The notes: generated by a model not told the origin, from the letters alone. A DNA stretch of 54,453 nucleotides, filler included, from Catajapyx aquilonaris (GCA_000934665.2; 2 parts of 2 records of this genome joined end to end with filler, not necessarily neighbours in it), one strand, 5' to 3'; shown: positions 1 through 13,359, counted from the whole stretch's first letter. Made by a program: numbers and translations.

Positions 1-719
1 TAGTATTCTACACTACATTCAAAGATTTTAAACAACTCGGGGACGTTATTCGTCATGTTGGGATTTTGTATAAATATATACCATATGCATGATCCACATG
101 AGGAGTAGGGGTTTAATTATTTCCCTTTTTAATTGCCACGTAATACAGTGACTTCCGTATAGTAGCTCCGTATTCAATAATTTTTATTACTATAATTTAT
201 CTGATAGTAATTTATGCGGATGTACAGTACAGTACCTTGGGCGATTATGGTTACGGCGTTTGTAGAACGGATCCGCGGGGAGTTCATTTTCAAAAAAAAG
301 CCTACCGGGATATTCAGTTTCATACAGCTTCCTCCGACTGGAAACGGGAAGAACAAACCAAAAAAAATGTAAATTAATGATACCTTTAATTAAAGGGATA
401 GGAAAGTTACTTTTAATGAACAAGAAAAGATCATCATAAATAATTATTAAGGCGACCCTGCAGTGGGAGGAAGTAAAAAGAAAATAACACAGGGCAAAAT
501 GGGTAAGGCCATACCACTAACATTCTTAATTCAGTTGGAATTAATATTACAAAAGTACACCAGTTTTTTTCCAGTAGCTTGTACTGTGAGGACCCGCCCC
601 TTCCGGTCATGAGATATGGGCTGGGCATGCGCACTGCTTCCTTGGCTTTGGCTAGGGGAGAGTGGAGTTGGTAACAAGAGTGGAGTGAGTCTGTGACCTG
701 GAAGGTCCAATAAACCAGC

Positions 720-1100
720 GTCCATGAGTACAGGCACCGTTCCCAGTAAAACGCATTAAGTCATAAGCCCCCAATACGTATAAATCCTAGCAAAACCCAT
801 CCACAAATAATACATCGCTCCAGATTGAGCCGCTCACAATACTGTTTGTCGCAAGACAAATAATCCCCCCGTGCTCCTCGATTCCAAGTAAAGCCATGAT
901 TATTTTAGAGAATGCCATTTTCTGGCAGGCAGCTGTCAGAGCTGGCAGAATGCGCAGGCAGTCAGGCGCTGTCTCTTTCACCTCTATTCTTCCGCAGCTT
1001 TCATGAATTAAGCATCAGGACGGCGGGCCTACTTTGCCCCCAAAGTCATTCAGTTGGGTCTCACCCCGTTCCTTTTCAAAGAGGAAAGTCTTTCAGGGGC
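720..1100 (-). mobile_element. Heavily decayed non-LTR retrotransposon reverse-transcriptase remnant
   Basis: On the - strand, in the expected order: an APGPD-like ARRPDA (~1030), ILPALTAACQK, GGIICL (RPICL-like), VDGFC, and a frameshifted NAF/GTVP (757-732) resembling the 'D-x-x-NAFGSVP' RT motif. Boundaries approximate. Confidence 0.4.
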
Positions 1101-2074
1101 GGTTCTACCCTTTTCCCTTCTGATGCTTCTGCAGCACCAGCATCACATTCCTCCCTAGAGCTTCTCACACGGAGCGCAGGCCGAATTGATCGGAGGTTTC
1201 AAAATCGGACCCTGCCTGCCACCCCTCTACTGCTGGAATAGACCCTCGAGACCTTGGGTCATAAGAAAGACTCAGGCTCTAAATCGACAGATATAACCCA
1301 CTTTTCAATCCTCTGGACGAAAACAACACACCTGGGCTTGGAGTTTGCTTTCGGCCCCGGGAGTCAAGAATGAGGGATAGGACTGCGGATAGGACGGTAC
1401 CAAATCTGGGCTTGAGACTGTAAACAGGTCGGTAATGCGACTTTGTTGTAGTGTTGTTCAGACTGACAATTGGATGTCGACAGAGAGACTTTTTTCGTCG
1501 GAATTTTATGGGTGTTCTAGAGGTTTACCACGAACCCATACCTTCTCAAGAAAAATTGCACAAAACTGGTTCCTTTTCATGATAAAGCAGAGTGGCCATT
1601 AAATTGCAAATTGAATTTAAAAGGCACAGTGTCTTCGAAGAACGGTTCCTGTTTTACCTGTCTTTTCAGAGAAAGGCACAAAAATCAAGTCCGACAGGAA
1701 CATAATTTTCGTTACACTATTTCCAGACGTGTATGGGGAGAGTGGCATAGTGAAATTGTTTATAAAGGGTAGTTATCACTTCAAAGAGGTTGGATCCTTT
1801 GATACCAGAATTCACCATGCCTTTGCTTACATAGTGCATTATTACCATATGAAACCTCAGTGAAATAGTAACCTGTAACCTCGGCACCTTCTACCTGTTA
1901 CAGCCCCTATTAGGTGCTCTCATTAGGAGATCTATAAATTCGATTCCTATAATGAAATTCGCCTTTGTGACGGAATTCAAATCCTGACAACTGCGTCTTT
2001 GCATTTTGACCCACCCTGTATTGCACTTCAAAATTGACGAAGATTGAACTAACTACACTTTGATTACCTTTCAG

Positions 2075-2180
2075 CTCCCACCGCCTCCTCAGCCGCCTGT
2101 CAAAGTCCTCAGTGAGCAAAAACTTTCTACTAGGCCTCCAAATGATCCCCGCCCAACAGCTCCTCCTGATGATTATTATG
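2075..2180 (+). CDS. Penultimate coding exon of a Pro-rich, evectin/PLEKHB-like (probably PH-domain) protein
   Basis: Pyrimidine-rich acceptor cctttcag| and consensus donor ATG|gtgagt; encodes LPPPPQPPVKVLSEQKLSTRPPNDPRPTAPPDDYY; phase 0-1, which joins in frame to the acceptor at 4546. Confidence 0.75.
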
Positions 2181-2734
2181 GTGAGTACCGCACATGTGTT
2201 CTACACCTCTTTAAGCTCTTAGGGTCTCATCGTCCCATTCATTTTTACAAAGACCAGAAGTGAGTCTTCCCACGATTCCAGACCATTTCAGTGGAAGCGG
2301 TAACGATTCTCATTCCCGATATTTGCACTTTCATTTTTTGCCCCTACTCGTTGGTATAATTTGTCATGTAATGCACGGCACATTTCCCTCTGAGCCAATA
2401 ATATATCGCATCCTCAATTGACGTTCTTTCCAATTACGAACAAAATGTGATAGTCCCAGTTCTAAAATCAGTGATTAATGAGACTGCTGCATAATTAAAG
2501 CTTGGTACCGTAGTTTTTCGCGCTCGTTATTCCCCCACTCATTAAGATATTATGAGGTGAAACAACGTCCACTATGCATAGCATTCTAGTCAATATTTTA
2601 CAAGGGACGTGGAGCTGCAGAGCACACCAACTCTATTTCTGGAGAAAGGCTACATGCAAGGTGTCCTAAGAACACACTAAGTCTATTTTTAGCACTCCAT
2701 TAATTATTCATAGAAGGTAAAACATGATCTATTT

Positions 2735-2865
2735 TACCTTATACTACACCTTATCCTTCTACCTTCTACCTTATACCTTCTATCTTTTTACCTTATACCT
2801 TATACCTTATATCTTTTTACCTTATACCTTATACCTTATATCTTTTTACCTTATACCTTTTACAT
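2735..2865. repeat. Degenerate 7-bp (ACCTTAT)n-type tandem repeat in the intron
   Basis: Repeated ccttata/ccttcta/ctttta units; pyrimidine-rich on the + strand. Confidence 0.85.
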
Positions 2866-4457
2866 TATATTACATTCTCAGAATATTTTCTCCGGGTTCA
2901 GCTGATGTCTGGTTCAAATGAATGTTTCTGATGAAAGATATAGAGACTGGCACCTTCGTTGATGTAGAAACTTGTCATCGACGTACAATTGCTAGAGGGT
3001 CTCGAAACCTTCAATCTGAAAAGTGGGCCACTGCCACCAGAGTCCCATCTCCATGCTAAGCGTGCGTCTCCCGGGCCTCACTCCTTTCTCCGAATCGATT
3101 CTGAAATTGATGTTATTTTCAACTTGAAAATTCACTCTGCTCCGATGGCCTGCTTTGATTTCCCAAACATCTCTTTAGTGATTAATAAATTGGACAAATT
3201 AGGGTCAGCAACTGTGGCGGGACAAATTATTCATACGACAATAATTTTACTTCTCCAGAACTAACTATTGCACTTACAGAAAATAAACAGGGGCACAAAT
3301 TATAACTTTGTAATTTCAAGTCCCTTGAGATCTTCATTACAAAAGAAATACAATAAGAAGTTGTAGCTTACTTCACATAATTTCTAGATCGAAATTCTCT
3401 AATAGGGTAAGTGCACCGCTTCATCTAGTAGCAGCAGCCTTATCGCAGCTGCTGCATAAAGATAGTGAAAGGCAGTAAAGCCCTGGATCAATATTAGACA
3501 TAATCCATTCATTAGAGGGGGGAAAGTTGAGAAATTCCTCTCGATTGCATGGTGGGGCGAGCAGTCGGAGGTAATTTCTCCAGACAGCAAATATGGCAAT
3601 TAGGAATGAATGTGGATGCAACACTTAATAGTGGGGGGAAATGTGGCGTCGATTAATTTCAGCCTGTAGAACTTTCATGGTCGGTAACGAGATTTTACGT
3701 TAAAAAGATGCTAAATTTTAATCCGCCTTACTGACGTCTTTAAAATTTGTGCCGAGTTAACCATTTGCCAATCTCACGTTTCCAGGCGTGAAATGTTCTG
3801 CCCCAATTTCCATTTCAAAAAGTCAGTTCCAGTCGCAAAATTCAGCAAGGTCACATGCCAGACAAAATTCCTCTCAAGTTGACTGTTACTTTAAAAAAAT
3901 TTCACAACTGCACTAAGAAGCTCCTTTCAAGTATCCTCAGTGCCAAAATCAAAGAAAATCGCTAATAGCTCGCAGTTCTTTCCATCACATGAATTCCCAA
4001 TATAAGTATTGCCTATCGCAATTCCCATCGTAAGCAATCTCTACAAGATTTAGAGTAGACGTTCGACTTTCTCAAAACTTCTTTCTGCAGAAAAAAAAAG
4101 TTTTCTCCTCCCCCAAAAGTTTCCGTCCCCTCTCTCCTCCCTCTCCCTGTTCCTTCCCTTTTTGCGGATAAACTTGGGGACTCGGTGGCACTTACTGTAG
4201 CTGTGCCTGGAAGCCACCACCCATTCCCTTCAATTACCCCCATGTAGACAGAGAGCAAAAAAATAGGAACTGAGGGGGGACCTCATAAAGTTCCGCACGG
4301 ATGAATGAGAAACTTTAACTACATACAGGGTGAGCCATAACTCGCCACCTTTAAGGCACTTGTTTTGGCCACGATTACATCCTAATCTGGCTTAAGAGCC
4401 TGCAAAGTGAGTTGCCTGTCTAGATTAGCGCGTTCTTTGCTCTAATGGGCTCACCGA

Positions 4458-4530
4458 CAACTGGCTGCCGTGTCAGTTGGCTGCGAGTCAACTGGCTGCC
4501 GTGTCAATTGGCTGCCGTGTCAACTGCCGC
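4458..4530. repeat. 16-bp minisatellite (CAACTGGCTGCCGTGT), about 4.5 copies
   Basis: Direct copies visible immediately upstream of the 4546 splice acceptor. Confidence 0.85.
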
Positions 4531-4546
4531 TTCTGTATCGTTCCAG

Positions 4547-5106
4547 TGACCATCCCTGGACAGGTTCCGTCCCTGCCTCCCAACGGCTTCCACCCGTCTC
4601 CAGGTGGTATGGCTTCTTCCGCGCACATGGGCTGCTCCGCGTGCCCTCCGCCCCCGCAGCAGCACCTCAATGGATACAACATCGGCGGGCGGGCCCCGCT
4701 GATGAATGGCACCAACACGGTCATCATTCGGGACCGAGATCGGGATCCAAGGGCATGTGGAGGGTCCGGTGTGGGTGACATAGCTACGGGCATGTTGATG
4801 GGGGCTACCCTGAGCAACTGGGGGCGAGGATGGGGCGGAGGATGGGGTTGGGGGTATGGGCCGGGATGGGGCGCCTGGGGCGGCATGGGGGCACCCGGAG
4901 GAGTTGGGATTTCCAACACGGATGTCAACATCTTCAACCACTACGATGTCGACAACACCATCCACAATGATGTGGACCTACTGCCAAACAATACTGCCAG
5001 CTTCGGGGACGTGCCCTCCTCAATGGACGCGGACGTTATAGGCGGATATGACGAGGGCATCGACAGTGCATTTGACATGGACTTCGGCGGAGATTTCGGA
5101 TTCTAA
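4547..5106 (+). CDS. Last coding exon of the same evectin/PLEKHB-like protein (Gly/Trp-rich and Asp-rich C-terminus)
   Basis: Acceptor cgttccag|TG, in frame with the 2075-2180 exon. GC-rich with codon-like third positions. Contains TVIIRDRDRD...DIATGMLMGATL, resembling the vertebrate PLEKHB2 C-terminal VIIRERYRD...DLALGMLAGA, then WGRGWGGGWGWGYG and an acidic tail ending DFGGDFGF-TAA. Family assignment is from recalled motif similarity, not a search. Confidence 0.8.
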
Positions 5107-8100
5107 AATACACCTTTTTTATATTAATCTTTGCGTAGAAGATCCCGCGCATAGTTTAACTTATTGCGATTCTTCTCTCCCCGATATGGCCAACCATCGA
5201 AGCATTTGACGGTACATGCTCTTTATCACTCTGATGATGCAAACTTGGCTCTCGTTACAAGGAGGTTTAGTTCGCTGTACAGAATACATTCGCTATTCTC
5301 TCTCTGACAGGGGTTATCCCTGGCTCTTTATCTCCTATTGTTGAAAGTGTACTGAGTAATTATGTACGTATTGGCAAATTTGATGCGTTTGTCAGTATTT
5401 ACTGCGATTATATTTTTTGAGAAAATGTCAAATTGGCGTCTTATTTTTGTATATTGTTCTGTAAATAGCGAAAAATATCAAAAAACTACACAAAATTAGT
5501 TAGTTTTAATGTTATATCTTACTGTAGGACTACTGTGATAAAAATTGTACTTCTAACTTCTACAAGTAGTTAAATTCGTGAGCTCAACAGAAAAAGAATA
5601 CCTTGCACAGTTATCATTGAAACATTTCACTCTGCTCAATGTGGAACGTATAATAACTATTTTTGTGCCAATTATTGCAGTTCTCTAACTATTATTTCAG
5701 TTGTAACTTACTCGTGTGTACTTAAAAATTAGTATATCTTTCTTCATTCAAGTTAACCGTCGAATGTTCGATAGTTGGAAAAAGTACCGTGCGTCTAGAG
5801 TGACGCATCAGACTAAAAATTACATGTACCGTGACCGTACTGTAGCTGATGAGTGCTTTCTTCGAGGCAAAATTTTCCCTGCGTGGATGTGTTGATACGA
5901 ATAGTTCTAAAATGAACTATTTAAAAAATATATAACGCAAATATTTCCCGGAAAAATGAACAAATGACCATGGTCCGAAGTTTCTGAAACAAGCCTGTTA
6001 TTGGCCCTGGAACTATCCGGAAGTGTGGAATCGGATGGTGTGCACGGTGCAACTCACGACGAAGAGACACCCAACATTCTTCTACCGCCCAGGTAAGTGC
6101 ACCTAGTCATTTCGTTCTCTCTGCCAAGTCGCAAGTGTACAAAGTATGCAAAATGTCTAAAAAATTTGGGAATTTGGTGCAAAATGCTCGATATTCTGAT
6201 TCAAGAAAGAGGAGTCATATTACACGTTTCTTACCCCCAACAATGTATAGTGCTGCCATCTACTACACTAAGCCCCGCCTCTGTACGTCACACAAATAGG
6301 GGCGGAGCTTTCGGCTTTTTCCGTTTTCCTGACCGTAGAAAAAGACTGGTTATTGTGGCAGGGCTGCGTCCTTGACCAGGGCCCAGGATAAATGGAATGG
6401 CTGTAGTTAGGCGATCAACAGGTCCATTTGGGCAAAAGAATGGGACGAATTGAGAAGCACTTTTCCGCTGAATCCGGTCAAATGGCCTTTTTGTTCTCCC
6501 AACACCTTCCCCTCGATTCCGAGTCCAATGGAATTGTCGAGTCTATTCCGACGACGACGTCCTTTTTTTTCTCCTTTATCCCCACCTCCTACGCCATGCC
6601 ACATTGCTCATTTTCCCTAGACTAATCGAACTCTACCTCCTCCACACGATTCGGTCTATAGTCTCTCTTTTTCTGCTCAAAACTTGTATACTACTTTGAA
6701 AAATGAGACTACTTTACTATGGATAAGAAATCAAATGAACGTAATGAGATTACAGGGAGGAACTTTTTTTCCCCCCTTTCGATAATGGAGAAAATGTAAT
6801 CCTAAATACATTATCGGCATGGCCTGATTAATGTTGAGAGAATAGTTTCCAATGGTATTACTCAAATTGTTACGTCTCGAGCAAACACCAATTTTACGTT
6901 GTGACATATCCAATAGTGTCATCAGGTCATATGTAGCTGAAAATTGTGCTTATCAGCCCTCTGGGAATCTGGAAGGAAGGTTAGGTCATGGGGTAGGTTG
7001 GTACAGCGTTCCCCTACCCCTGCCACATTCGGTCTCCCGTTACGAAAGTCCTTCCCATTATGTACGTTAAGACTATCGAACCACCGATACCACTGATTTT
7101 CCCGAGAGAGTCAGTGATTTAGACGCGCCTTTTGCTAACACCGTGTCCAATCCGCGCCAAAAGGTAGTGTACTGACTAGTAGCACTTACACAGTGCTTTC
7201 CGATGCCTCCACCCACCACCGCATTGTTGTATGTGATTGGTTGGGAAACTGCGGTATTGGCACTTGCACAAAAGTTCCATCGGATCGATGCTTTTCCTAG
7301 CTACATCAAGGTCTGGGGGTCCCCCCTAGATCCGCATTTGTTCGGCTCGACACTCACCGTCCCCCTGCTTTTATCCCCCATTATTTTCGACCCTAAATGA
7401 GATCCCATTAACACTGACAGAATTCAAGCGCCGAGACATTGCTCCGTGCTGCAATAATTCATCTTTCCCATATCCAACGAAGAACTGGGGTACCTATACC
7501 GGGCGCTGAAACTTTTCCAACTTCATTTAGAAAATGTGCTGCTCAAACTTGCTCATTATTTATGAAATATCAAGTTCAGCACTCAGTAAAGGTCTGATAA
7601 TAATACAATAGGTGAAAACCCATATATGTTGGGGCGGTCTTCCTGATTGGTCGCGGTTGTGGTTGCTGGTTGTGGTTGCGGTTGTGGTGAAGTGAATTCA
7701 GTGGATTATCGGGATGATTTGACGCACTCCACGTGTAACAAGATGGCTCCTAAGAAAGGGCATTCTGGGATGAGTCCAGCTGGGGATGTAGGTCAGGCAA
7801 GCTGCAGAGTGACGCCTGGCGTCGGACAGGCGACAAGATGCCCGTCGTCGTCGGATATAATCAGCACAAGCATCCCAGGCTCCTGCTGCACGAGTGCCTG
7901 TTGGCGATGCTGCTTTGCTTGCCCGGACATCCCGTCCCGAAGGGGAATTAATGTGGTTCGCCTGCTGGCTATCCATTCACGTTAAGTGCACTCCTATACA
8001 GTACCCTAATGCTTCCGATCGGGTTAATAAGTTGCTACCGAGTAGTTGTCCTGAATTTCAAACCTGATGAACTGGAGTGCTTCACTATAGAACATTCCAC

Positions 8101-9042
8101 GGATAACCTATCTTCAGGATGAACCTGTGCGACTTCCTGGTTTCATGATCCAACCAGCTGCACACATTACAACAGAGGATACTCTGATTTGGTCTCTAAA
8201 GGTTGGCAACTGCATGAAAACATGGTTATTTACTCTCCAAGTCTAGCCAAATGTGACAAGTGTCAGCTACAGAGTTGGCATAAAACTGTGTCCATTGCAC
8301 GCTCCTATGACCAAGCGAACAATCCGGGTTGAGTTTTCCAGCTATTTTTGCCCCCTACGATGAGCATGTATGTCCATCAAGCTGCATTAACCCTTGTATG
8401 CCTAGGTGAGCCCCTTTCAAGAGCGGAAAACTCCCCGCCATTAATCCGATTAACCATTGTCATCTGCAGTACTCAGAGAGAATATAGTGGACATTAAATA
8501 GGCCAATTATTTCTTTTGGACATCAGGTTTTGAACCCGACTGTCTCGATCTATAAGCATCCGGTACACAAAGGTTTAGCTAATGAATTTCCCCCCCGACC
8601 ACCAATCACACGGAACACAAGGAACGTTTTGGGAACAAGAATAGGCGCTGTGAAAATCGCAAAAGAGCAGAGTTTCCACATTAATCATTCGCCTACGTCC
8701 AACTCCTTTTAATTAGGCGATCCTTTTGCAAACTGAGGGGGGTTCCCCCACCCCATTACAAACTCTGCCTATGAATGTTCTGGGTCTACCCCCCAGCAAT
8801 AGAGAACACGTGACAAATGGCAATTATCCCAGCGGATTCCCATTCAACCGCTCACAAGGACAGACGTCAACCGCCACACTCCTCTTGTTCTCACTACATC
8901 TCCATGCCTATTGAGCTTAGGGGGTATACACTACACAACTTTCCGAGACGCCCTAGAATGACTTGGAAAACTACTGAAAGGTCATACTGACAGAAAGCCC
9001 ATTTATGAACCAGTATGGGACCAAAATCGACCAAAATGCAGT

Positions 9043-9182
9043 ATGTGACCAAATGATCCAGTGTGACCAAATCATCCAGTGTGACCAAATCATCCAGTGC
9101 GACCAAATCATCCAGTGCGACCAAATCATCCAGTGTGACCAAATCATCCAGTGTGACCAAATTATCCAGTGTGACCAAATCA
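9043..9182. repeat. 18-bp minisatellite (GTGTGACCAAATCATCCA), about 7.8 copies
   Basis: Head-to-tail units starting at 9043, 9061, 9079, 9097, 9115, 9133, 9151 and 9169, with no spacers. Confidence 0.95.
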
Positions 9183-12100
9183 GTCTATTCCATAATTAAA
9201 TCCTGATTAATCTCAATGGGTCTATCCCACTAAAGTGGAGTCGCCTGTTATGAAATATCCGCCTCCATTTTTACTCGCCAGCAGCCGTCTCTTTGACTGT
9301 GCAAAGTTGGACAGAAGAACGATTTGCTCTTCCTCCGCAACAAACTTCTTGCTCTGCGCCGCTGGGGAAGGAAAAGAACTGTGCAAAAAAATAGCGAAAG
9401 AGGAAAAAAAAAACACACACACACTTGAATTGATAGAAGCTTCGAGGAACAATTTGAACGCCTTTCTAGCTTGTCATCCAGAAGGCCTCGAAGCTAAACT
9501 CGCTTGGCTGCAGCTGCACAACCATTTTGGATCTCAATTCTATAATGTTTCGGATGACTGCTGGCAATAAGAGTGCGTGAAATTTTCTAGGGTTTCACAG
9601 AGAATGATATTGGGTTTCCTTCATGACCTGCAGGTAATTAACTTCTCCTAACTTTCCGTTGGCGCAATTGGCAGGCGGTTATCTTTTCTCCGCCGTCGTT
9701 ATCTCCTTTTCATTGTTGACGTTCGTCGGCGCGTGAAACCCTCTAGAACTCCGGTTGTCTGAGGCAGTTCCCCAGCTTTAATCGCGGGAGTGAAAAGGTA
9801 GCTGCGTGTCAAGTGAAAACTAAGGCCTGTCAAACTCCTTTCTTGAGGTTGGCATCTGCTGACTGGTGGAAGTGTCTCGACATTTGTTGGGATTGGCTGC
9901 ATTGAATGCCCTTGAACTTGGCTCCACCCACACAAAGTATGCGCCTGCGCATGTTTGTAAACAAAGCCAGTAGGTCACGTTCGATTTTCCGTTAGGGAAT
10001 ACAGTTTTCGTTCACGTTCTCGGTTGAAATCTGAACTTATTGTAATGGAGAGGCAAAGGGGAGCTGTGAAGAAACACAATGGCTGTAAAATGCTCTTAAT
10101 AAAGGAGCTGAGGAAAGTATCTCTCGAGGGTTTATGACCACGTAATTGGAGGAAGGGTAATTCTCAGCGAATTTGAAAGTTATTAAAGGCAAGGGGACCC
10201 TTGATTGGCCGAAGGAGAGTAGGCATAACGAGACGAAAAGCTCGTAAATACAATATGTGCAACCGGTTGGGTTCTTTTTCCCCTCGAAAAAGTAATAAAG
10301 GTCCTGCAAAAAAAAAACTTGCTAATTTTCATCAGGCGCGTAATAATAAGGGACAAGGAAGATTACCAAGCGCTAATTTGAGTGAAAAACATAGGTGGCG
10401 TTCACTTTAAGAAGACACTCGGGAGAAGTTGGCTTCGACCCACCAACGCCAATCCCGTAGCTTTATGCACTACAGAATCATTCGATTACTGGCCGAAAGA
10501 ATTTCATTTATCGATAATTACGTTCCCCACATTTGCCTAATAACCCTGTTTGTATCTGTACGGTACCGGAGTGGGCCTGAAGCTAACAGGGCGAATGCTT
10601 CTCTGATTATATTCATAGGCTCGTCAGGTTTCTGCTTAGGGGAACACTTTTTTCATATTATTTTTTTTGACATGGTCATTTCGGGAACATTTGCACAATT
10701 ATGTGGATGAAACTGTACACATTATCCTATACCCGTATGACCATCTATGAACAGTAATTTTGCGATATTGAGCGTAAATATTGTGTGTAGGATGATTATG
10801 GCACTGATATTTTTGTTTGTAATGTTACAGCACGATTTTTTCTTGCTCAGTAAACATACTGTTGATGCACAAGAGTCCTTTAAATATAGTATGCTCCAAG
10901 AGAAGCAGTAGATTACAATTTGAAAAGGCCACAGATGACCTACTTATCAATTCTGCAAAATTATAGCTTAACCTCGGTTGCTAAATTGATTTATGGCTCA
11001 AAGTATTTTAACACCGCAATAAATTCAGCGGACAGGATCTATTTTTTTCCATTCCATTTCTATTTAGTACCAGTAGGTGCATTACTTTCCCATTTGATTA
11101 GTCCAGCAGTAAATATCAGAGGCTGTTCTATATAAGCATCCCTTCCAGAAAACATAACAGGGGCGGCTTATTTCAAATGGCGCCCACCAGCCATCCTCCC
11201 TACCCCCAAAACTCAGCAGGGGCCATCAATCAGTGTCCTCTCAAGCCCAAAAGTGCAGTTAGACTAGAGGCGTTGGGTTGGGCTTCTTCTCATGACTCAC
11301 TTTACAAATGGCCTTGCGACAGACTAAAGATGCACCCGGATAACCACACTGTCCAACCCCATCACTTTTTGGTGGCTCATAATGTCGTGTTTCTGGTATG
11401 TCACTGTTATTGGAACAACTTGGAACATACCAGCCACTTGAGTCGCAAAAGGCTTTGTATATAAGGAAAAACTCTTAGGGGGGGGGGGGGNGGGGGTTGT
11501 CCCGGGGAAATTCAGCGCTCGACTTGATCGATCAATTCCTTTTGGCTCCCACGAGATGGATGCTGCATCTGATCTCGCTTGGGGAATCATTACTGCCTAC
11601 TGAAAATAACGAACAAGGAACACTTGCAGTCAAAACCACCCCCACTCGCTTTACCACCAATGTAAGTCACTCTACCCATTCAGTCATAACGAGTTTTTTG
11701 AACTTGTGTCCTACGTCCGTCCTTCAAACAGCTCGATCATTGCACCACGCCACTTGCTGTGTGACGGATCTTTTCACATTGAGGCTGAATCACCCGTTTA
11801 GTCCGGGCGCCAACGCTCCAAAAGTTTACCCATTTGATACCCAGTTTTTACAGCCGTTAAATTGTTGGTCCTCAAACATGACGACCGTTATCCTGACTCA
11901 CGAGAGCAATCCATACGTCTCACTCGTACGGCTGGTTGCGTCAATTCAGGATACAAATCAGCTCACAGTCAGTACATGATCAGTACCGGACGAAAAGGAC
12001 ACGTTAATAACGACTATAAATATCCTCAGCTGCAGTGGTCCTCCCAAAAATGGAACCTGAAATAGTCTCATAGCTATCAATATATCTGGGAGAGCCCATT

Positions 12101-12909
12101 CCAGCCACACCTTTTCCCATCCAGATAGTTCTCGCGAGGACTGGCCGCGGATTGCCATCGTTTCTACGCTTCCTTATCTCAGGTCACCACCCCTCGCACT
12201 TGCATTATTTTATGACTATCCGGGAAGGAGCTATAACGGAAGATGCGCCTTCAAGAATATGGCCCCTGCGTCCATTAGATAAATCTAGGATATAAATCCT
12301 AGCTTTTTCCATTTCTACAGGTCGGAAGGAGTCTCAACGTGCCTTTCGTGCCCAACTTGAGGCTGCTAAATTACGATTTTTTATAAGGAAAATCAATGGT
12401 TAAACCTAAGTGGGCGAGTTATTGCAAGTTTTTGTATTAGTTAGTAGTATTTTGAGCAGATGTGAAAAATCCGGTCATTTGTGTAGAAAACCTATTTTTA
12501 CTGCCGGAAATACCAGCTAATCTGGTTAATTACAGCCGAAAGCACTTAACTTTTTTTTTTTAAATTCCTCCTTCCCTCGTTAAGTTGGAAGGTTTTGTAT
12601 CGGGCAAGGATGTTCCATCCTTGGTAGGCCTTTGAGGCTTGTTATCTTTCCACTACGTTAGGGAAATGACTGAGCTCTAGCCCTACTTTTCGGGCAAGCC
12701 GCCACTTCACGCCAGCTATCGGCTTCAAGGAAACGGGAAATGGTGGTAGAAAGCCAAGTCATGCTTGGATTGGCTCACACTTGCCGGACCACTAAATTGT
12801 ACGCGATAATTGTGTCACGCCGTCCCGGTTTGGTCATGTGGACCACAGTACACGTGCGACGAACTTGCTATCTATAGCCGATGTGGAGGTACTATGGCTC
12901 AAAAAAGCG

Positions 12910-12977
12910 GGTTATCCTGGCTTGGATGCAACCCTTGCACAGCTTGTGCAATGGATTGCATCCAAGCCAGGATAACC
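12910..12977. repeat. Near-perfect hairpin (32/33-bp arms, 3-nt loop)
   Basis: GGTTATCCTGGCTTGGATGCAACCCTTGCACA-gct-TGTGCAATGGATTGCATCCAAGCCAGGATAACC. Confidence 0.9.
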
Positions 12978-13313
12978 AGCGACAATCCTTTTTTGGGTCA
13001 TTGTACAAGATGATGGTAGAAGCGGTGCAACACAGTGGCACAAATCGGTTTGTTTGCCCCCCATTGAAAAAGACCACACGTCAGACAGTGAGGTTTCCCA
13101 CTTTGGGTGGAAATCATGCCCTGACCATGAGTCCTGTCCCGGAGTACTAACTTCGGAACTCATAAAGAAACCCCAAAAGGAGGATTAAAGGGACTTTACG
13201 AGCGCCCACGAATTCCGCCCGGATTACTTTCTACGGGATCGCAGGTTCACCCTCCCCTTACAACCTCCCTCGGTTTCATATCGCTTCTGACCGGCCTTGG
13301 GAAAGGAAAAGCA

Positions 13314-13359
13314 TACAGGGTGAGCCATAAAACCAGTCAAGCTAGGTTCACCCTATGTA
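13314..13359. mobile_element. Minimal Tc1/mariner-type MITE remnant (TA-CAGGGTGAGCC end); the same terminus occurs at 4324
   Basis: CATACAGGGTGAGCCATAA is shared with 4322-4340; degenerate opposite end GGTTCACCCTATGTA. A similar end GGTTCACCCTGTA occurs at about 40016-40028. Confidence 0.55.

Noticed and set aside
2724..2921. Hydrophobic Tyr/Leu/Phe-rich ORF
   Set aside because: It is the translation of the intronic (ACCTTAT)n repeat.
4470..5041. Overlapping ORFs 4470-4778, 4488-4937, 4504-4965 and 4856-5041
   Set aside because: Shadow frames of the GC-rich real exon 4547-5106.
9043..9182. CRISPR-like array or CDQIIQ-repeat protein (ORFs 9005-9199 and 8894-9178)
   Set aside because: The units are contiguous with no unique spacers and there are no cas genes. 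The ORFs are a by-product of a stop-free 18-bp minisatellite.
11477..11497. G-runs containing 'n' (similar runs near 13800, 36610 and 46090) as G-quadruplex elements
   Set aside because: These are homopolymers with ambiguous bases, so their lengths are unreliable sequencing or assembly output.
7600..12200. Possible CR1/L2 ORF1 or endonuclease remnants
   Set aside because: Isolated motif-like words (GDSTL, TDH, GGG) are not in a consistent order or frame, which is insufficient support.
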